Below are positions 51,364 through 61,430 of a stretch of 64,000 nt of DNA, in pieces. The translations under genes and the position numbers were made by a program. The stretch is taken from contig CAUYUJ010000013.1 in NCBI GenBank assembly GCA_963575745.1, positions 1-64,000 on the forward strand, given 5' to 3'. Within the stretch, counting starts at the first letter, position 1. Every line of letters begins with the position of its first letter. The notes under the pieces were generated by a model, which worked only from the letters and a program-made list of their open reading frames with translations, was not told the DNA's origin and did not search any database. The stretch comes from Prorocentrum cordatum. Taxonomy: Eukaryota.

Positions 51364-54300
51364 CTACATAGCCGCCCTCAAAGACAGCTCACTCCTGCCC
51401 TGCATGATCACGAACCCGCACCGGTCCATGAAGAAATCGATCGTATCGCCGCTGAGATGCTTCGTCATCATGTCAGCTGTGTTGAGCTCACCCGGCACCT
51501 TGATGAGCCTCGCCAACCTCTCGTGGTAGATGGCCTGCACCCACAGGTACTGGGTGTGTAGGTGCCGCACCTTGCCAGCACCAAGCCTGAGCGCCATGCC
51601 GCGCCCGGCTGTCGCATCCGTCTCGACGACCAGGCCCTTCTTCATGCCGTAGTCGCTGCACATACTCTGAGCGCCCAGGCCGACGCTCGTTCCTCGGACG
51701 ATCGCGTAGAACTCCGACTCGCCGCTCGACAAGGCAATCACCGTCTGAGTGTTGGCGGTCGCCTTGAGCAGATGAGCACCGTGGTACAGGGCAATGCCCG
51801 ATGTGCTCCTCCGTGTTATCACACAGCCCGCATGATCCGAATCACAGGCTACCTTGATCACTTCTGGCTCGTCTTGCTGAACGAACCGCTGCACCATCCT
51901 CGGCCGGCGTAGCAAGTACCGCCCGATACGCTTCACCATCTCCATGGCTACCTGGGTCGGCTTGCTCATCCACCTGGCCGCTTCCTTCGCCGCGAAGAGC
52001 AGGTCGATCCTGTCCATCGCGAGGTAGTTGATACGCATACACACGCTCCTGAACAGCGCCGCGTCCGCAGCACCGAGTGGAGGAGATTCGGTCAGCTCCT
52101 CCGCCGTTCTCTTGATCCCTGGCGATGTCACCGCCTTGCTGCCCTTATCCAGGTTGAGCTTCAGCTGGGTCGTGACGATCTCGACGTGGCGGGCGTCTGC
52201 TTCCCATTCCAAACAGGGGATGCCGGCCTCGGTCTTGTTCAGCCTGACAATCCTGTTGAGCAGCGTGATCTCCCGCAAGTCGCCTTCATCCCAGCCAAGA
52301 ACTCCTCGAACCTTCACCAGCAGCCGTTTAGACAGCTCGGTCCTGAACCACTCCAGGGCGTCATCGTCGCCCTCGCTCACGAAATCGTCCCCGTGGTAGA
52401 ACAGCAGGATGTCCATCTCGTCGTGCCGACACAGGCACGGGCTGAACACCCCAATCTTGAAACCCATCTCGCGCAGCACCTCCATCACCTTGTCGGCAAA
52501 GTTGGCCGCTGCGTCTCGCGTGCCGTACATGCTCTTGAGCAGCAGCGCGCAATATCCTTCTCGGCGTCGCTCAGCAGGAAGCTGTACGAACACTCGTCGG
52601 CGTGCAGGACTGTGGAAGTGTGCCCGGCTGATGTCAATGAACATTAGCTTGCGCTTCCTGCAGTCGCCCCGCTTCCGACTCATCATTCTGCTGAACAGCA
52701 TCTTGACCCCTTCCTGTGGCGGTGTCGCCGAGAACACGTCGTCTCTGAAAATCCCTGCCTTCTGCTGCGCGCTCTTCAGCTCCTTCGCGACCAGCCTGCA
52801 CCGTATCTCCGGTCGAGCCTCGTCGCCCTTGTTGATGTCTACCCATTTGACCGGAATAGGCTTCGCCTTGGTCTCCTCCCAGCAGAGGGACTCTGGGACC
52901 TCCTGGAGCACCTTCATGTCGTCCATGTACTTGAGCTCCTCCTCCCGGCCGGCCCGCACCATCTTCGCGTCCAGCAGCTGGCCCGAGATGTTATCGCGGA
53001 ACTCCTCGTACTCCTCCATGTCCCAGTCCACGGCGTCCTCCTCGCAGGTGACGCCCACGGTGAACGCGCTCAGGTCGCCGTTGATCCTCAGCTGAGCCGT
53101 CAGGCCCCTGAGGATAGCTGCTACTAGGGCCGGCGGGTAGTTCTGCGCAGGCCGCGTCCTCGCACTGCCGACCAGCGGGACATGAACATGCCACTCGCTC
53201 TTGGGCAGGCTCTCGTTCTCGCACCTGCGGGATACCTCCTCCAGGATGCACGGCGAGTTGCTCAACCAGCCGGTGGGCTTGAGAACCAGCCCCATCTCGC
53301 CGTCGTAGTCGACCGTCTGCTGGCCCCAGCAGCACTGGTGCCCCGTCACGCGTGAGACACTTTCCATCTCCATCAGCTCGGCCATGAAGTCCAGCTTCCA
53401 GCTCCACGCTTGGTCTGGATGCTCGTGCAGGAAGTAGCGTCCCTCCCGCACCTGCTTCTTGTACTGCTTCACGCAGAATCGAAGGTGCCTGATACCCTCG
53501 ATGACCTTCCGCTCGTACTCCTCTGGGTCACGATCCTTGTTCAGGTTCATGATGGCACTGAACGCCCTGCACGTTGGCGACCCGATCAGGACGTACGGCT
53601 TCTCGTAGTCGATGATCTCCTCGCACAGCGCCTGCCGGTCTGGGTCCGACAGGTCCCACTGCACCCCGTCTTCGTCTGTCAGGCGTAGGTCGAACGCGTG
53701 CCCCGGGTTGAGGCCGAACGACTCCGCCCTGCCGGTGAACTTGCCCGGCCCGAACAGCTCCGTCACGTGCACGCCGAAGAATCCCAGGTCCCTCACGAGG
53801 CCCTTGACCTCCTCCAGCAGGTTGGCGTCCATGGTCTCCTTGACGCCCGGCGGGTCCTGGCTCTCGGCCTGCCGCTTCAGGTTCGTCCGCGAACTCTCGT
53901 CCATCGCCTCTTGCGGCTCTGGCGCCGCTCGGGTCTCGACCCGCGTCTTCGCGTCAGATCCCGAGCTCCCGTTGTAGATACCACCTCCGAGCGCAGCGTG
54001 GATCATTGCGCTCGACGCCGATATATCTCGATCAGCTCGAGCAGGTTGTACTTGCCCAGCTGCTGCTCCTGCTGCGGTCGATTTAGCAGCCGAAGCGGGT
54101 GCGCCACTGCTGCCCCCTCCGACCGCCTCCTCCGTGTCGACCGCCTGCTTCTCAGCCGGCCGTTTGACTCCTTGCCGCTCCTCGGCTATCCTTACTCGCT
54201 TACTCATCTCGAAGTCCTCCTCCATGAGCTTCGTGATCCTTGCCCTGCAGGCCTCACTGTGGCTGCGGGCCGGGAGCCCCAGGGCGTAGCTCTCGCAGCC

Positions 54301-55554
54301 GACGCACCCCTCGGTCCTCCCGAACTTCTTGATCTCTACCTCGTTGCGGATGTAGACCCGCCTCGGTCCAGGAACACCTCCTGCACCGGTCCCCGGCCGC
54401 AATGCCCGCGGCACGACTGGCAGAGGCGCCTCGTCGGACGCCTTCGTGATCGGGAATCGCGCCGCGGGCGCATCCTCCCCGTCCTTGACAGCACCTGGCA
54501 CCGGCCGCCATGGTGCGCCCTGCAGCTTCTTCAGCAGCTCGCCGTTGTAGCGGTCGTCCCCGGCCTTCCGCTTGACAGCCCTGGCCCTGACCACGCCCAG
54601 CTCCAAGCCGATATACAGCTCCTGGCTTTTCAGCTGCACGCCCAGGTAGATACCCGTCAACCACTTGGCGTCCAGCTTATTCTTGTGGCCCCTATTCCTG
54701 TCCGCCGGCAGGTAGTGCACCGTCTCGGCGAACGGTGGGAGCTCCTTGCGGTACTTCTTTCCGCGGATCCTCTCATACGCCGTGCGCCCATCCGCGCCGA
54801 CGTCGAACAGGCTGATCACCACACCTGCGTAGTTGATGAGCCACGGCACGATCACGTGGTCATGCCCGATCTTGATGTCGCACTGGCGCTCCACCGCCAG
54901 CTTCAGGGTCCGCACGATACCGCTCACGGACTGCACCGCCCGCTCGATCGCGCCGTTGGCCTGGTGTTCCTCCACCGGGCTCTCCTCCTTCACGATCTTG
55001 AAGTTCTCGCCCAGCGCCTCGATGACCTTATTCTTCAGGTCCATGATCGAGGCCTCCTGGTCGCTCTTGAAGATGAAGTGCTTCACCCCCGTGTACTCGA
55101 TGGCCTCCGCCACCCACTTGATGATCCAGACATCCTTCGTGCCCTTGCTCGTCACGGCGATCGATACTGTCCATCGCCCTTTGTGTTCCCGCAGCACCAG
55201 TGTAGGTTCTGCTCGCTCATCGTCTCCTCCAAAGAACGTGTAGTCGATGGAGATCGCATTGACCAGATGCTCTCGCTCGGCTTCCAGTCGCTTATGATCA
55301 GCATTACGGCCGCGTCCTCCCACGCAGTCACCGCACCATGCCCTGAACTGCACGTGCCCTGCCGCCTCGTGCACCTCGCGCTCGGCCATCGTCGGCTCGA
55401 ACGGTCGTGGGACCACCGTGACCGGTGGGTCGCCCATATCGTCATCCTCCTCGTCCTCCAGCTGGGCCTCCACGGGTTCCGCCGCTGCCGGCTCTGCCGA
55501 AGAGCTCCCGCCTCCAGTACTCGGTCTTACTGCCGCGCAGGCCGGCTGTTTCCC
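51364..55554 (-). CDS. pol: Pol (~1396 aa; -1 frame): integrase, C5-MTase-like domain, copia-type RT, RNase H
   Basis: IN: HEAAGH...CGDC, SIDYTF, KSDQE, NGAIER. RT: KWVDINKG, CRLVAKE, IDISRAH, LKSMYG, YHGDD. RH: CDSDHAG, SSGESE, ETDA, NTADMMTK. No stops. Confidence 0.95.
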   Translation of the reverse strand, partial: GKQPACAAVRPSTGGGSSSAEPAAAEPVEAQLEDEEDDDMGDPPVTVVPRPFEPTMAEREVHEAAGHVQFRAWCGDCVGGRGRNADHKRLEAEREHLVNAISIDYTFFGGDDERAEPTLVLREHKGRWTVSIAVTSKGTKDVWIIKWVAEAIEYTGVKHFIFKSDQEASIMDLKNKVIEALGENFKIVKEESPVEEHQANGAIERAVQSVSGIVRTLKLAVERQCDIKIGHDHVIVPWLINYAGVVISLFDVGADGRTAYERIRGKKYRKELPPFAETVHYLPADRNRGHKNKLDAKWLTGIYLGVQLKSQELYIGLELGVVRARAVKRKAGDDRYNGELLKKLQGAPWRPVPGAVKDGEDAPAARFPITKASDEAPLPVVPRALRPGTGAGGVPGPRRVYIRNEVEIKKFGRTEGCVGCESYALGLPARSHSEACRARITKLMEEDFEMSKRVRIAEERQGVKRPAEKQAVDTEEAVGGGSSGAPASAAKSTAAGAAAGQVQPARADRDISASSAMIHAALGGGIYNGSSGSDAKTRVETRAAPEPQEAMDESSRTNLKRQAESQDPPGVKETMDANLLEEVKGLVRDLGFFGVHVTELFGPGKFTGRAESFGLNPGHAFDLRLTDEDGVQWDLSDPDRQALCEEIIDYEKPYVLIGSPTCRAFSAIMNLNKDRDPEEYERKVIEGIRHLRFCVKQYKKQVREGRYFLHEHPDQAWSWKLDFMAELMEMESVSRVTGHQCCWGQQTVDYDGEMGLVLKPTGWLSNSPCILEEVSRRCENESLPKSEWHVHVPLVGSARTRPAQNYPPALVAAILRGLTAQLRINGDLSAFTVGVTCEEDAVDWDMEEYEEFRDNISGQLLDAKMVRAGREEELKYMDDMKVLQEVPESLCWEETKAKPIPVKWVDINKGDEARPEIRCRLVAKELKSAQQKAGIFRDDVFSATPPQEGVKMLFSRMMSRKRGDCRKRKLMFIDISRAHFHSPARRRVFVQLPAERRREGYCALLLKSMYGTRDAAANFADKVMEVLREMGFKIGVFSPCLCRHDEMDILLFYHGDDFVSEGDDDALEWFRTELSKRLLVKVRGVLGWDEGDLREITLLNRIVRLNKTEAGIPCLEWEADARHVEIVTTQLKLNLDKGSKAVTSPGIKRTAEELTESPPLGAADAALFRSVCMRINYLAMDRIDLLFAAKEAARWMSKPTQVAMEMVKRIGRYLLRRPRMVQRFVQQDEPEVIKVACDSDHAGCVITRRSTSGIALYHGAHLLKATANTQTVIALSSGESEFYAIVRGTSVGLGAQSMCSDYGMKKGLVVETDATAGRGMALRLGAGKVRHLHTQYLWVQAIYHERLARLIKVPGELNTADMMTKHLSGDTIDFFMDRCGFVIMQGRSELSLRAAM
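53090..53770 (-). other. C5 cytosine methyltransferase-like domain inside Pol
   Basis: Colinear motif-like blocks: I VTELFGPG; II/III AFDL, WDL; IV LIGSPTC (Cys codon 53569-71); VI FLHEHP; VIII HQCCWG..KPT; X AQNYPPALVAAILRG. Confidence 0.8.
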
Positions 55555-57272
55555 GACACTGCGCTGAGGTCCGGAGCCGACCGCTCCTGACCAGTGACCT
55601 TCTTCAGCTTGATCGTGTATACTCCACGTCGTAGGTGGATCGGCAGCCTCCTGCCGCTCGCGATGTGCTTCAGGTAGCACTCCCTCGGCCCGAAGTAAAC
55701 CTCGTGGCCCTTCGCCACCAGCTTCGACACCGCCAGCAGCATGCGGTGCACTCCAGTCGATGTGCATCGCAGTCTCCTCGTGCTGCCGTCCTCCGTCATG
55801 ACCTCGATGACCTTCTCGCCCTCGTCCTGCACCAGCTGCCCGTTGGCCGCCCGGTAGCTCGTGCCCATCTCGCTGGATACCGTCGGCCTCGTCCTCACCT
55901 CCGGGAACCAGGTGTTCGGGACGACGCTCTCTGCCGCGCCGGAGTCCACAGCCGCGTAGAAGAACTCCTCCGCTACGTCGTCTACCGCATTCAGCTCCAG
56001 GGTGCACAGGTCCAGCCCGCCGATGTTGCCCGGCTGCTCGGTCTCTGGCTCCTGCTTGTCGTTCGTCTCCAGGCTGTGGGCTCCACGCTTCGCTGGTTGC
56101 TGCTGCCCACGAGACGTTGGGCAGTCCTGACGCTTGTGTCCCCAGCCCCAGCACAGCGAGCAGTAGCCTTGGAACTCTTGTTGCTGTTGCTTGTCTGGCT
56201 GACCTCCAGGTCGCGGCCGAGACGGGTAGGGTGGAGGCGGCCGGTCCTTGACCTTCCCCTTGCCCTTCTTGCCTTTGCCGCCCTTGCCGTCGCCCTTGCT
56301 GCTGTTCTTGCCGCCGCCCTTCGGGTGTTGAGGACTCTTGTGGGCGCCACCGCCCGGTGCCCAGCAGTCGACCTTCTTGTGTCCCTTCTTCCCGCAGTTG
56401 TTGCAGGTAATGTCCTTCTGGCCGAGGCTCCCAACGTCCATGGGCGAGGCCATCTCGTTCACCTTCGACTCTAAGTAGCTCTGGATCTCCTCCCTCACGC
56501 TCACGTAGGTCTTCATCTTGTTCGCGTTGAGCGTCAGGTGGTCCTTCAACGCTCCCTTCGTCATGCTGACGAGCACCTGCGCCTTGATGTCCTCCTGCAT
56601 CGGTTGGCCAGCTCGCCTCTCGTAGACTCGAAGCCTTTCCTCCCACTTGGCTATGTGGCTGTTCAACTGTGGAGCATCGACCGCCCCTGGCTGGATCAGC
56701 GAGCCCAGGACGTTCCGCCTCCTGCCCGCTCCTTGCGGATCGAACCTCCGCGACACCACTCGCCAAGCCTCGAAGCCATCGTTGTCCTTCGTCGCCTGCA
56801 CCAGGTCCAAGGCTTCGCCATCCGTGAGCTGCGCCAACACTGTGTACAGCTGCCTGCCAATCATCTTTAAGTCCGCATCCTCGCTCTCGTGCGTGAAGAT
56901 CTCCCTGATGTCGTCCAGGTTGTCCTGTGTCAGCGCTTCCTCCTGGTCCTGAACGTAGTCCAAGGCCTCCTTGATGCCGCCGACAACGCCCTCCATGAAG
57001 TTCTGCAGCTTGAACGCCCATGAACTCCAAGACTTCATGTCGCTGTTGTAGACGCTCGGCTTGCCGATTCCCTTCACGTCCACCAGCTGAACTCGTCTCT
57101 TGGTCGAGTCTCTCTCCGTGATGATTGTCTGCTGCAGCCTCGTCATCGCCTCCAGATCTTGCATCCGTTGGGCCTGTACTGCATTCACTAGGTCTCGTTG
57201 CCTCGTCAGCTCCGCCGTCAAGTCTCTCACCTGCACGGTCAGCAGCTCCAGTTGTTGCTCGGGCGTGCTCAT
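55527..57272 (-). CDS. gag: Gag-protease (581 aa): capsid-like region, two CCHC zinc knuckles, aspartic protease
   Basis: ATG 57272 (MSTPEQ). GFEAWR..RRFDP capsid motif, CNNCGKKGHKKVDC and CSLCWGWGHKRQDC knuckles, AAVDSGA protease. TAA at 55527-29. Confidence 0.93.
   Translation of the reverse strand: MSTPEQQLELLTVQVRDLTAELTRQRDLVNAVQAQRMQDLEAMTRLQQTIITERDSTKRRVQLVDVKGIGKPSVYNSDMKSWSSWAFKLQNFMEGVVGGIKEALDYVQDQEEALTQDNLDDIREIFTHESEDADLKMIGRQLYTVLAQLTDGEALDLVQATKDNDGFEAWRVVSRRFDPQGAGRRRNVLGSLIQPGAVDAPQLNSHIAKWEERLRVYERRAGQPMQEDIKAQVLVSMTKGALKDHLTLNANKMKTYVSVREEIQSYLESKVNEMASPMDVGSLGQKDITCNNCGKKGHKKVDCWAPGGGAHKSPQHPKGGGKNSSKGDGKGGKGKKGKGKVKDRPPPPYPSRPRPGGQPDKQQQQEFQGYCSLCWGWGHKRQDCPTSRGQQQPAKRGAHSLETNDKQEPETEQPGNIGGLDLCTLELNAVDDVAEEFFYAAVDSGAAESVVPNTWFPEVRTRPTVSSEMGTSYRAANGQLVQDEGEKVIEVMTEDGSTRRLRCTSTGVHRMLLAVSKLVAKGHEVYFGPRECYLKHIASGRRLPIHLRRGVYTIKLKKVTGQERSAPDLSAVSGNSRPARQ
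55548..55554 (-). promoter_or_regulatory. -1 ribosomal frameshift slippery heptamer G_GGA_AAC
   Basis: X_XXY_YYZ correctly phased in the gag frame, 6 codons before its stop. A -1 slip enters the Pol frame (KQPACAAV...). Confidence 0.8.
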
Positions 57273-57557
57273 CACTTCGACAGAGTGAGGCACTCACGGA
57301 GTCGTCCTCGCAGCTCTCGGGTGCCAAGCCGTTGAAGAAACTGTCCGATGTGGCCCCAGTAGCGCTGCAATCTCCGCACTCGCCAGAGCTGCTCGCACAC
57401 AATCCACCAACGTTCTCGTATCGAGAGGTTCCTCCTGCTGCGCCGCACCACAAGCCAATCAGCCTTACCACAAGGCTCTTCGTCGCTACTATCTTGGCGC
57501 CACGCGCCGGAAGATGTAGTGGTAGATGGAACGGTGCGGTCGCCGGATCGTATTGAA

Positions 57558-57573
57558 CCAGCTCCTGCTACCA
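57558..57573 (-). other. primer binding site TGGTAGCAGGAGCTGG (tRNA-iMet-like)
   Basis: Directly follows the 5' LTR. TGGTAGCAG is complementary to the ...CTGCTACCA 3' end typical of initiator tRNA-Met. Confidence 0.8.
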
Positions 57574-57672
57574 TGATTAGATGGTTTTGAACCAACACGA
57601 CTGCGGAGCGAACCCCCGCATCACAATCTATCACAGTTCCTTTCCAAGGGATATGTACTATGCACCGATACA
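57574..57672 (-). repeat. 5' LTR (99 bp)
   Basis: Direct repeat of 51137-51235, with a single C/T difference at a CpG. Confidence 0.97.
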
Positions 57673-58084
57673 ATCATGCATCCTTCCAAAACGCAATTTC
57701 TGAGACGTCGATCATGGGAATCCGCGAAACTCTTGCAACTGTTTAATGGAATGTGCGCGGCGCTAAGGCGAGAACCACATTTTGAAAAGGAACCGCCCTC
57801 AATCAGTGAAACTCGTGCAAATGTTTGAAACGAATGAGCGCGGCGCTGAAGCGAGAGCCACATTGAAAACGGGTGGCCCTCAATCCGTGAAACACTTGCA
57901 CCCTTGCAAATGTTTAAAACGAATGTGCGCGGCGCTAAAGCGCGAGCTACATTTTGAAACCGACCCGCCCTCCATATTGGAAACTGTTGCCAAGTTTTAA
58001 GCTTCAAGGCCATAAATGGTGAGAGGTCTCAGGCGAAACGCCAGCCCTAAAAACTGGCCTCGGGGTGCGGCAGGGAGAAGTTAT

Positions 58085-58188
58085 TGATGAGGGGAAGGAA
58101 TGGAGGAGGGGAAGGAGGAAGGAAGGAGGAGAACGCGGGGCGCTCTCGTCAAAACGAGGACCCAACACCACAGGATGGTTGGGGAAAA
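58085..58188 (-). mobile_element. HINE-like element terminus (third copy)
   Basis: Purine tract plus GAACGCGGGG...AAAACGAGGACCCAACACCACAGGATGGTTGGGG. Confidence 0.65.
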
Positions 58189-58369
58189 TTAATACAGTCA
58201 AGCCTGGGACGGCCTGATAACCCCCCAGACCGTCGAGAGTGTCCCAAGAGGAGCCCAAGAGAGGCCCAAGAGGGGGAACTCGCAAAGCCCCCGGGGTCCA
58301 CCCCCCCCCACACACACACAACATAGCCCTCAAGATGCCCAACATAAAACGGCGCGGACCTCATGCTCG

Positions 58370-60715
58370 GAATGGCTTCCGCCAGCCTGTGACAAGGATT
58401 CAAATGCAGCCACCATGAAGCGTCTGCCCTGGAGCCTTGATTATGTTGTGGCCATGTTGGTAGCCGCCAAAGTGCAGTGCAATGCAGATGGTGGGATGTG
58501 GTGGGTAGCAAAGAGCATGGCCAACACAAACAAGGGATCCCTCATAAACATGGACGGAGAAATTGTGTTCGCGCGCCTGTCACAAGGTATCGCATTCAAA
58601 TGCAGACACCCTGAAGCGTTTGCCCTGGAGCCTTGATTACACTGTGGCCATGTTGGTAGCCGCCGAATTGCAGTGGAATGCAAGTGGTGGGTAGCAAAAA
58701 CATGGCCAAACAGACAAGGGATACACCACAAAAAGGAAAGCTGGCTTCATGTTCGGAACGGCAGCCGCCCGCATGTCACGAGGTATCTACTGAAGACAAC
58801 CCGAAACGTCTGCCCTGGAGCCTTGATTCCACTGTGGTCACGTTGGTAGCCGCCAAATTGCAATGGAATGCAAGTGGTGATTAGCCAAAACATGGCCACC
58901 ATAAACAAGGGATGCCTTATCAGAAGCATAAGCACCGACCGTATGTTCGGAATGGTTCCCGCCCGACTGTCGCAAGGCATCAAATGCAGACACCTTGAAG
59001 CGCCTGCCCTGGAGCCTTGCTCACATTGTGGCCATGCTGGTAGCCGCCAAGTTGCAGTGGAATGCAAGTGGTGGGTAGCAAAGCATGACCAACACACATA
59101 AGGGATGCCCGATGCAAAAAAAAACGAAAACACCAATCACGTACCTCGTGCTCGGAATAATGGTTGTTTCCGCCCGACTGTCGCAAGGCATCAAATGCAG
59201 ACACCTTGAAGCGCCTGCCCTGGAGCCTTGCTCAAAGTGTGGCCATGCTGGTAGCCGCCAAGTTGCAGTGGGATGCAAGTGGTGGGTAGCAACAACATGG
59301 CCAACAAAGACAAGGGATGGCCCACAAAAAGAACAACTGACTGCACGTTCGGAATTGCTGCTGTCCGCCTGTCACAAGGTACCAAATGCAGGCACCCTGA
59401 AGCGTCTGCCCTTGAGCCTTGATTATACGGTGGCCATGCTGGTAGCCGCCAAGGCGCAGTGGCATGCAAGTGGTGGGTAGCAAAAACATGACCAGACAGA
59501 CAAGGGATACACCACAAAAGGAAAGCTGGCTTCATGTTCGGAACGGCTGCCGCCCGCATGTCACGAGGTATCTGATGAAGACAACTTGATACGTCTGCCC
59601 TGGAGCCTTGATTCCACTGTGGTCACGTTGGTAGCCGCCAAATTGCAATGGAATGCAAGTGGTTATTAGCCAAACCATGGCCAACACAAACAAGGGGTGT
59701 CTTATCAGAAACATGAGCACCGACCGTATGTTCGGAATGGTTCCCGCCCGACTGTCGCAAGGCATCAAATGCAGACACCTTGAAGCGCCTGCCCTGGAGC
59801 CTTGCTCACATTGTGGCCATGCTGGTAGCCGCCAAGTTGCAGTGGAATGCAAGTGGTGGGTAGCAAAGCATGACCAACACACATAAGGGATGCCCGATAC
59901 AAAAAAACGAAAACACCAATCACGTACCTCTTGCTCGGAATAATGGTTGTTTCCGCCCGACTGTCGCAAGGCATCAAATGCAGACACCTTGAAGCGCCTG
60001 CCCTGGAGCCTTGCTCACATTGTGGCCATGCTGGTAGCCGCCAAGTTGCAGTGGAATGCAAGTGGTGGGTAGCAAAGCATGACCAACACACATAAGGGAT
60101 GCCCGATACAAAAAAACGAAAACACCAATCACGTACCTCTTGCTCGGAATAATGGTTGTTTCCGCCCGACTGTCGCAAGGCATCAAATGCAGACACCTTG
60201 AAGCGCCTGCCCTGGAGCCTTGCTCACATTGTGGCCATGCTGGTAGCCGCCAAGTTGCAGTGGAATGCAAGTGGTGGGTAGCAAAGCATGACCAACACAC
60301 ATAAAGGATGCCCGATACAAAAAAACGAAATCACCAATCACGTATCTCGTGCTCGGAATAATGGTTGTTTCCGCCCGACTGTCGCAAGGCATCAAATGCA
60401 GACACCTTGAAGCGCCTGCCCTGGAGCCTTGCTCAAAGTGTGGCCGTGCTGGTAGCCGCCAAGTTGCAGTGGGATGCAAGTGATGGGTAGCAACAACATG
60501 GCCAACAAAGACAAGGGATGGCCCACAAAAAGAAAAACTGACTGCACGTTCGGAATTGCTGCTGTCCGCCTGTCACAAGGTACCAAATGCAGACACCCTG
60601 AATCGTCTGCCCTGGAGCCTTGATCATACTGTGGCCATGCTGGTAGCCGCCAAGGTGCAGTGTAATGCAATTGGTGGGTAGCAAAAGCATGGCCAGCACA
60701 GACAAGCGATGCCCC
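58370..60715. repeat. ~190-209-bp satellite array (~12 units) with higher-order structure
   Basis: Core TGCCCTGGAGCCTTG...TGGTAGCCGCCAA recurs. The 209-bp and 785-bp periods are visible in repeated ORF starts (59765/59974/60183; 58868/59653). Confidence 0.92.
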
Positions 60716-60720
60716 ATGCA

Positions 60721-61430
60721 AAATTACCCTGGAAAGACCCAACCATGTGCAGTAGTGAATACCGCAGTTGTGATTGTCTCCGTGAGTGGAACTCCCTCGC
60801 AGCATGCGAACGCAACCACTGGGCTATTCGGTGGAGCTCCCCATGGGGCCACGAAACGTGTGATGGGTGTGCCGATATGGCGGTGGAACCGCATGCGAAC
60901 GCAGCCACTGGGGCCTTCGGTGGAGCTCCCTATGAAGCCACGCAACGTGGAAGGGGTGGGCCGAACTGTGGGGTGGAGCCGCATGCGAACGCAACCACTG
61001 GGGCCTTCGGTGGAACTCCCCTACGTATGGGGCCACGCAACGTGTGAGGGCTGTGCCGAAATGGCAGTGGAACCGCGTGCGAACGCAGCCACTGGTGCCT
61101 TCGGCGGAGCTCCCTGTGGGGCCACAAACCCGTGTAAAGGGTGGGCCGAACTGTGGGGTGGAGCAGCATGCGAACGCAACCACTGGGGCCTTCGGAGGAA
61201 CTCCCCGATGGGGCCACGAGACGTGTGAGCGGTGTGCCGAAATGGGGGCAGAACCACATACAAACGCAGCCAATGGGGCCTTCGGTGGAGCTCCCGATGG
61301 GGCGACGAAACGTATGACGGGTGCGCAGACATGGGGGTGGAACCACATGCGAACGCAGCCACTGGGGCCTTCGGGGGAACGTGTGACGGGTGTGCCGAAA
61401 TGGGGCTGGAATCGCATGCGAACGCAGCCG
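60721..61430 (-). mobile_element. HINE-like element end plus ~89-bp satellite array, truncated
   Basis: AAATTACCCTGGAAAGACCCAACCATGTGC...TACCGCAGTTGTGATT matches 37151/49471. Same unit as 49530-50790. Confidence 0.7.

Larger units (their letters stand above)
51137..57672 (-). mobile_element. intact Ty1/copia LTR retrotransposon encoding a C5 DNA methyltransferase-like domain
   Basis: TG...CA 99-bp LTRs (98/99 identical), 5-bp TSD ATCAT (51132-36 / 57673-77), PBS, PPT, domain order Gag-PR-IN-RT-RH. Confidence 0.97.

Noticed and set aside
53698..55590. 630-aa antisense ORF and other antisense ORFs over the copia element
   Set aside because: Shadow ORFs expected from strong GC3 bias, with no motifs.
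55555..57471. N-terminal ~640 codons of the 2035-aa ORF as real protein overlapping gag
   Set aside because: The translation is low-information (R/G/Q/A-rich) while the overlapping frame holds the true Gag motifs. GC-rich third positions in gag suppress stops in this frame.
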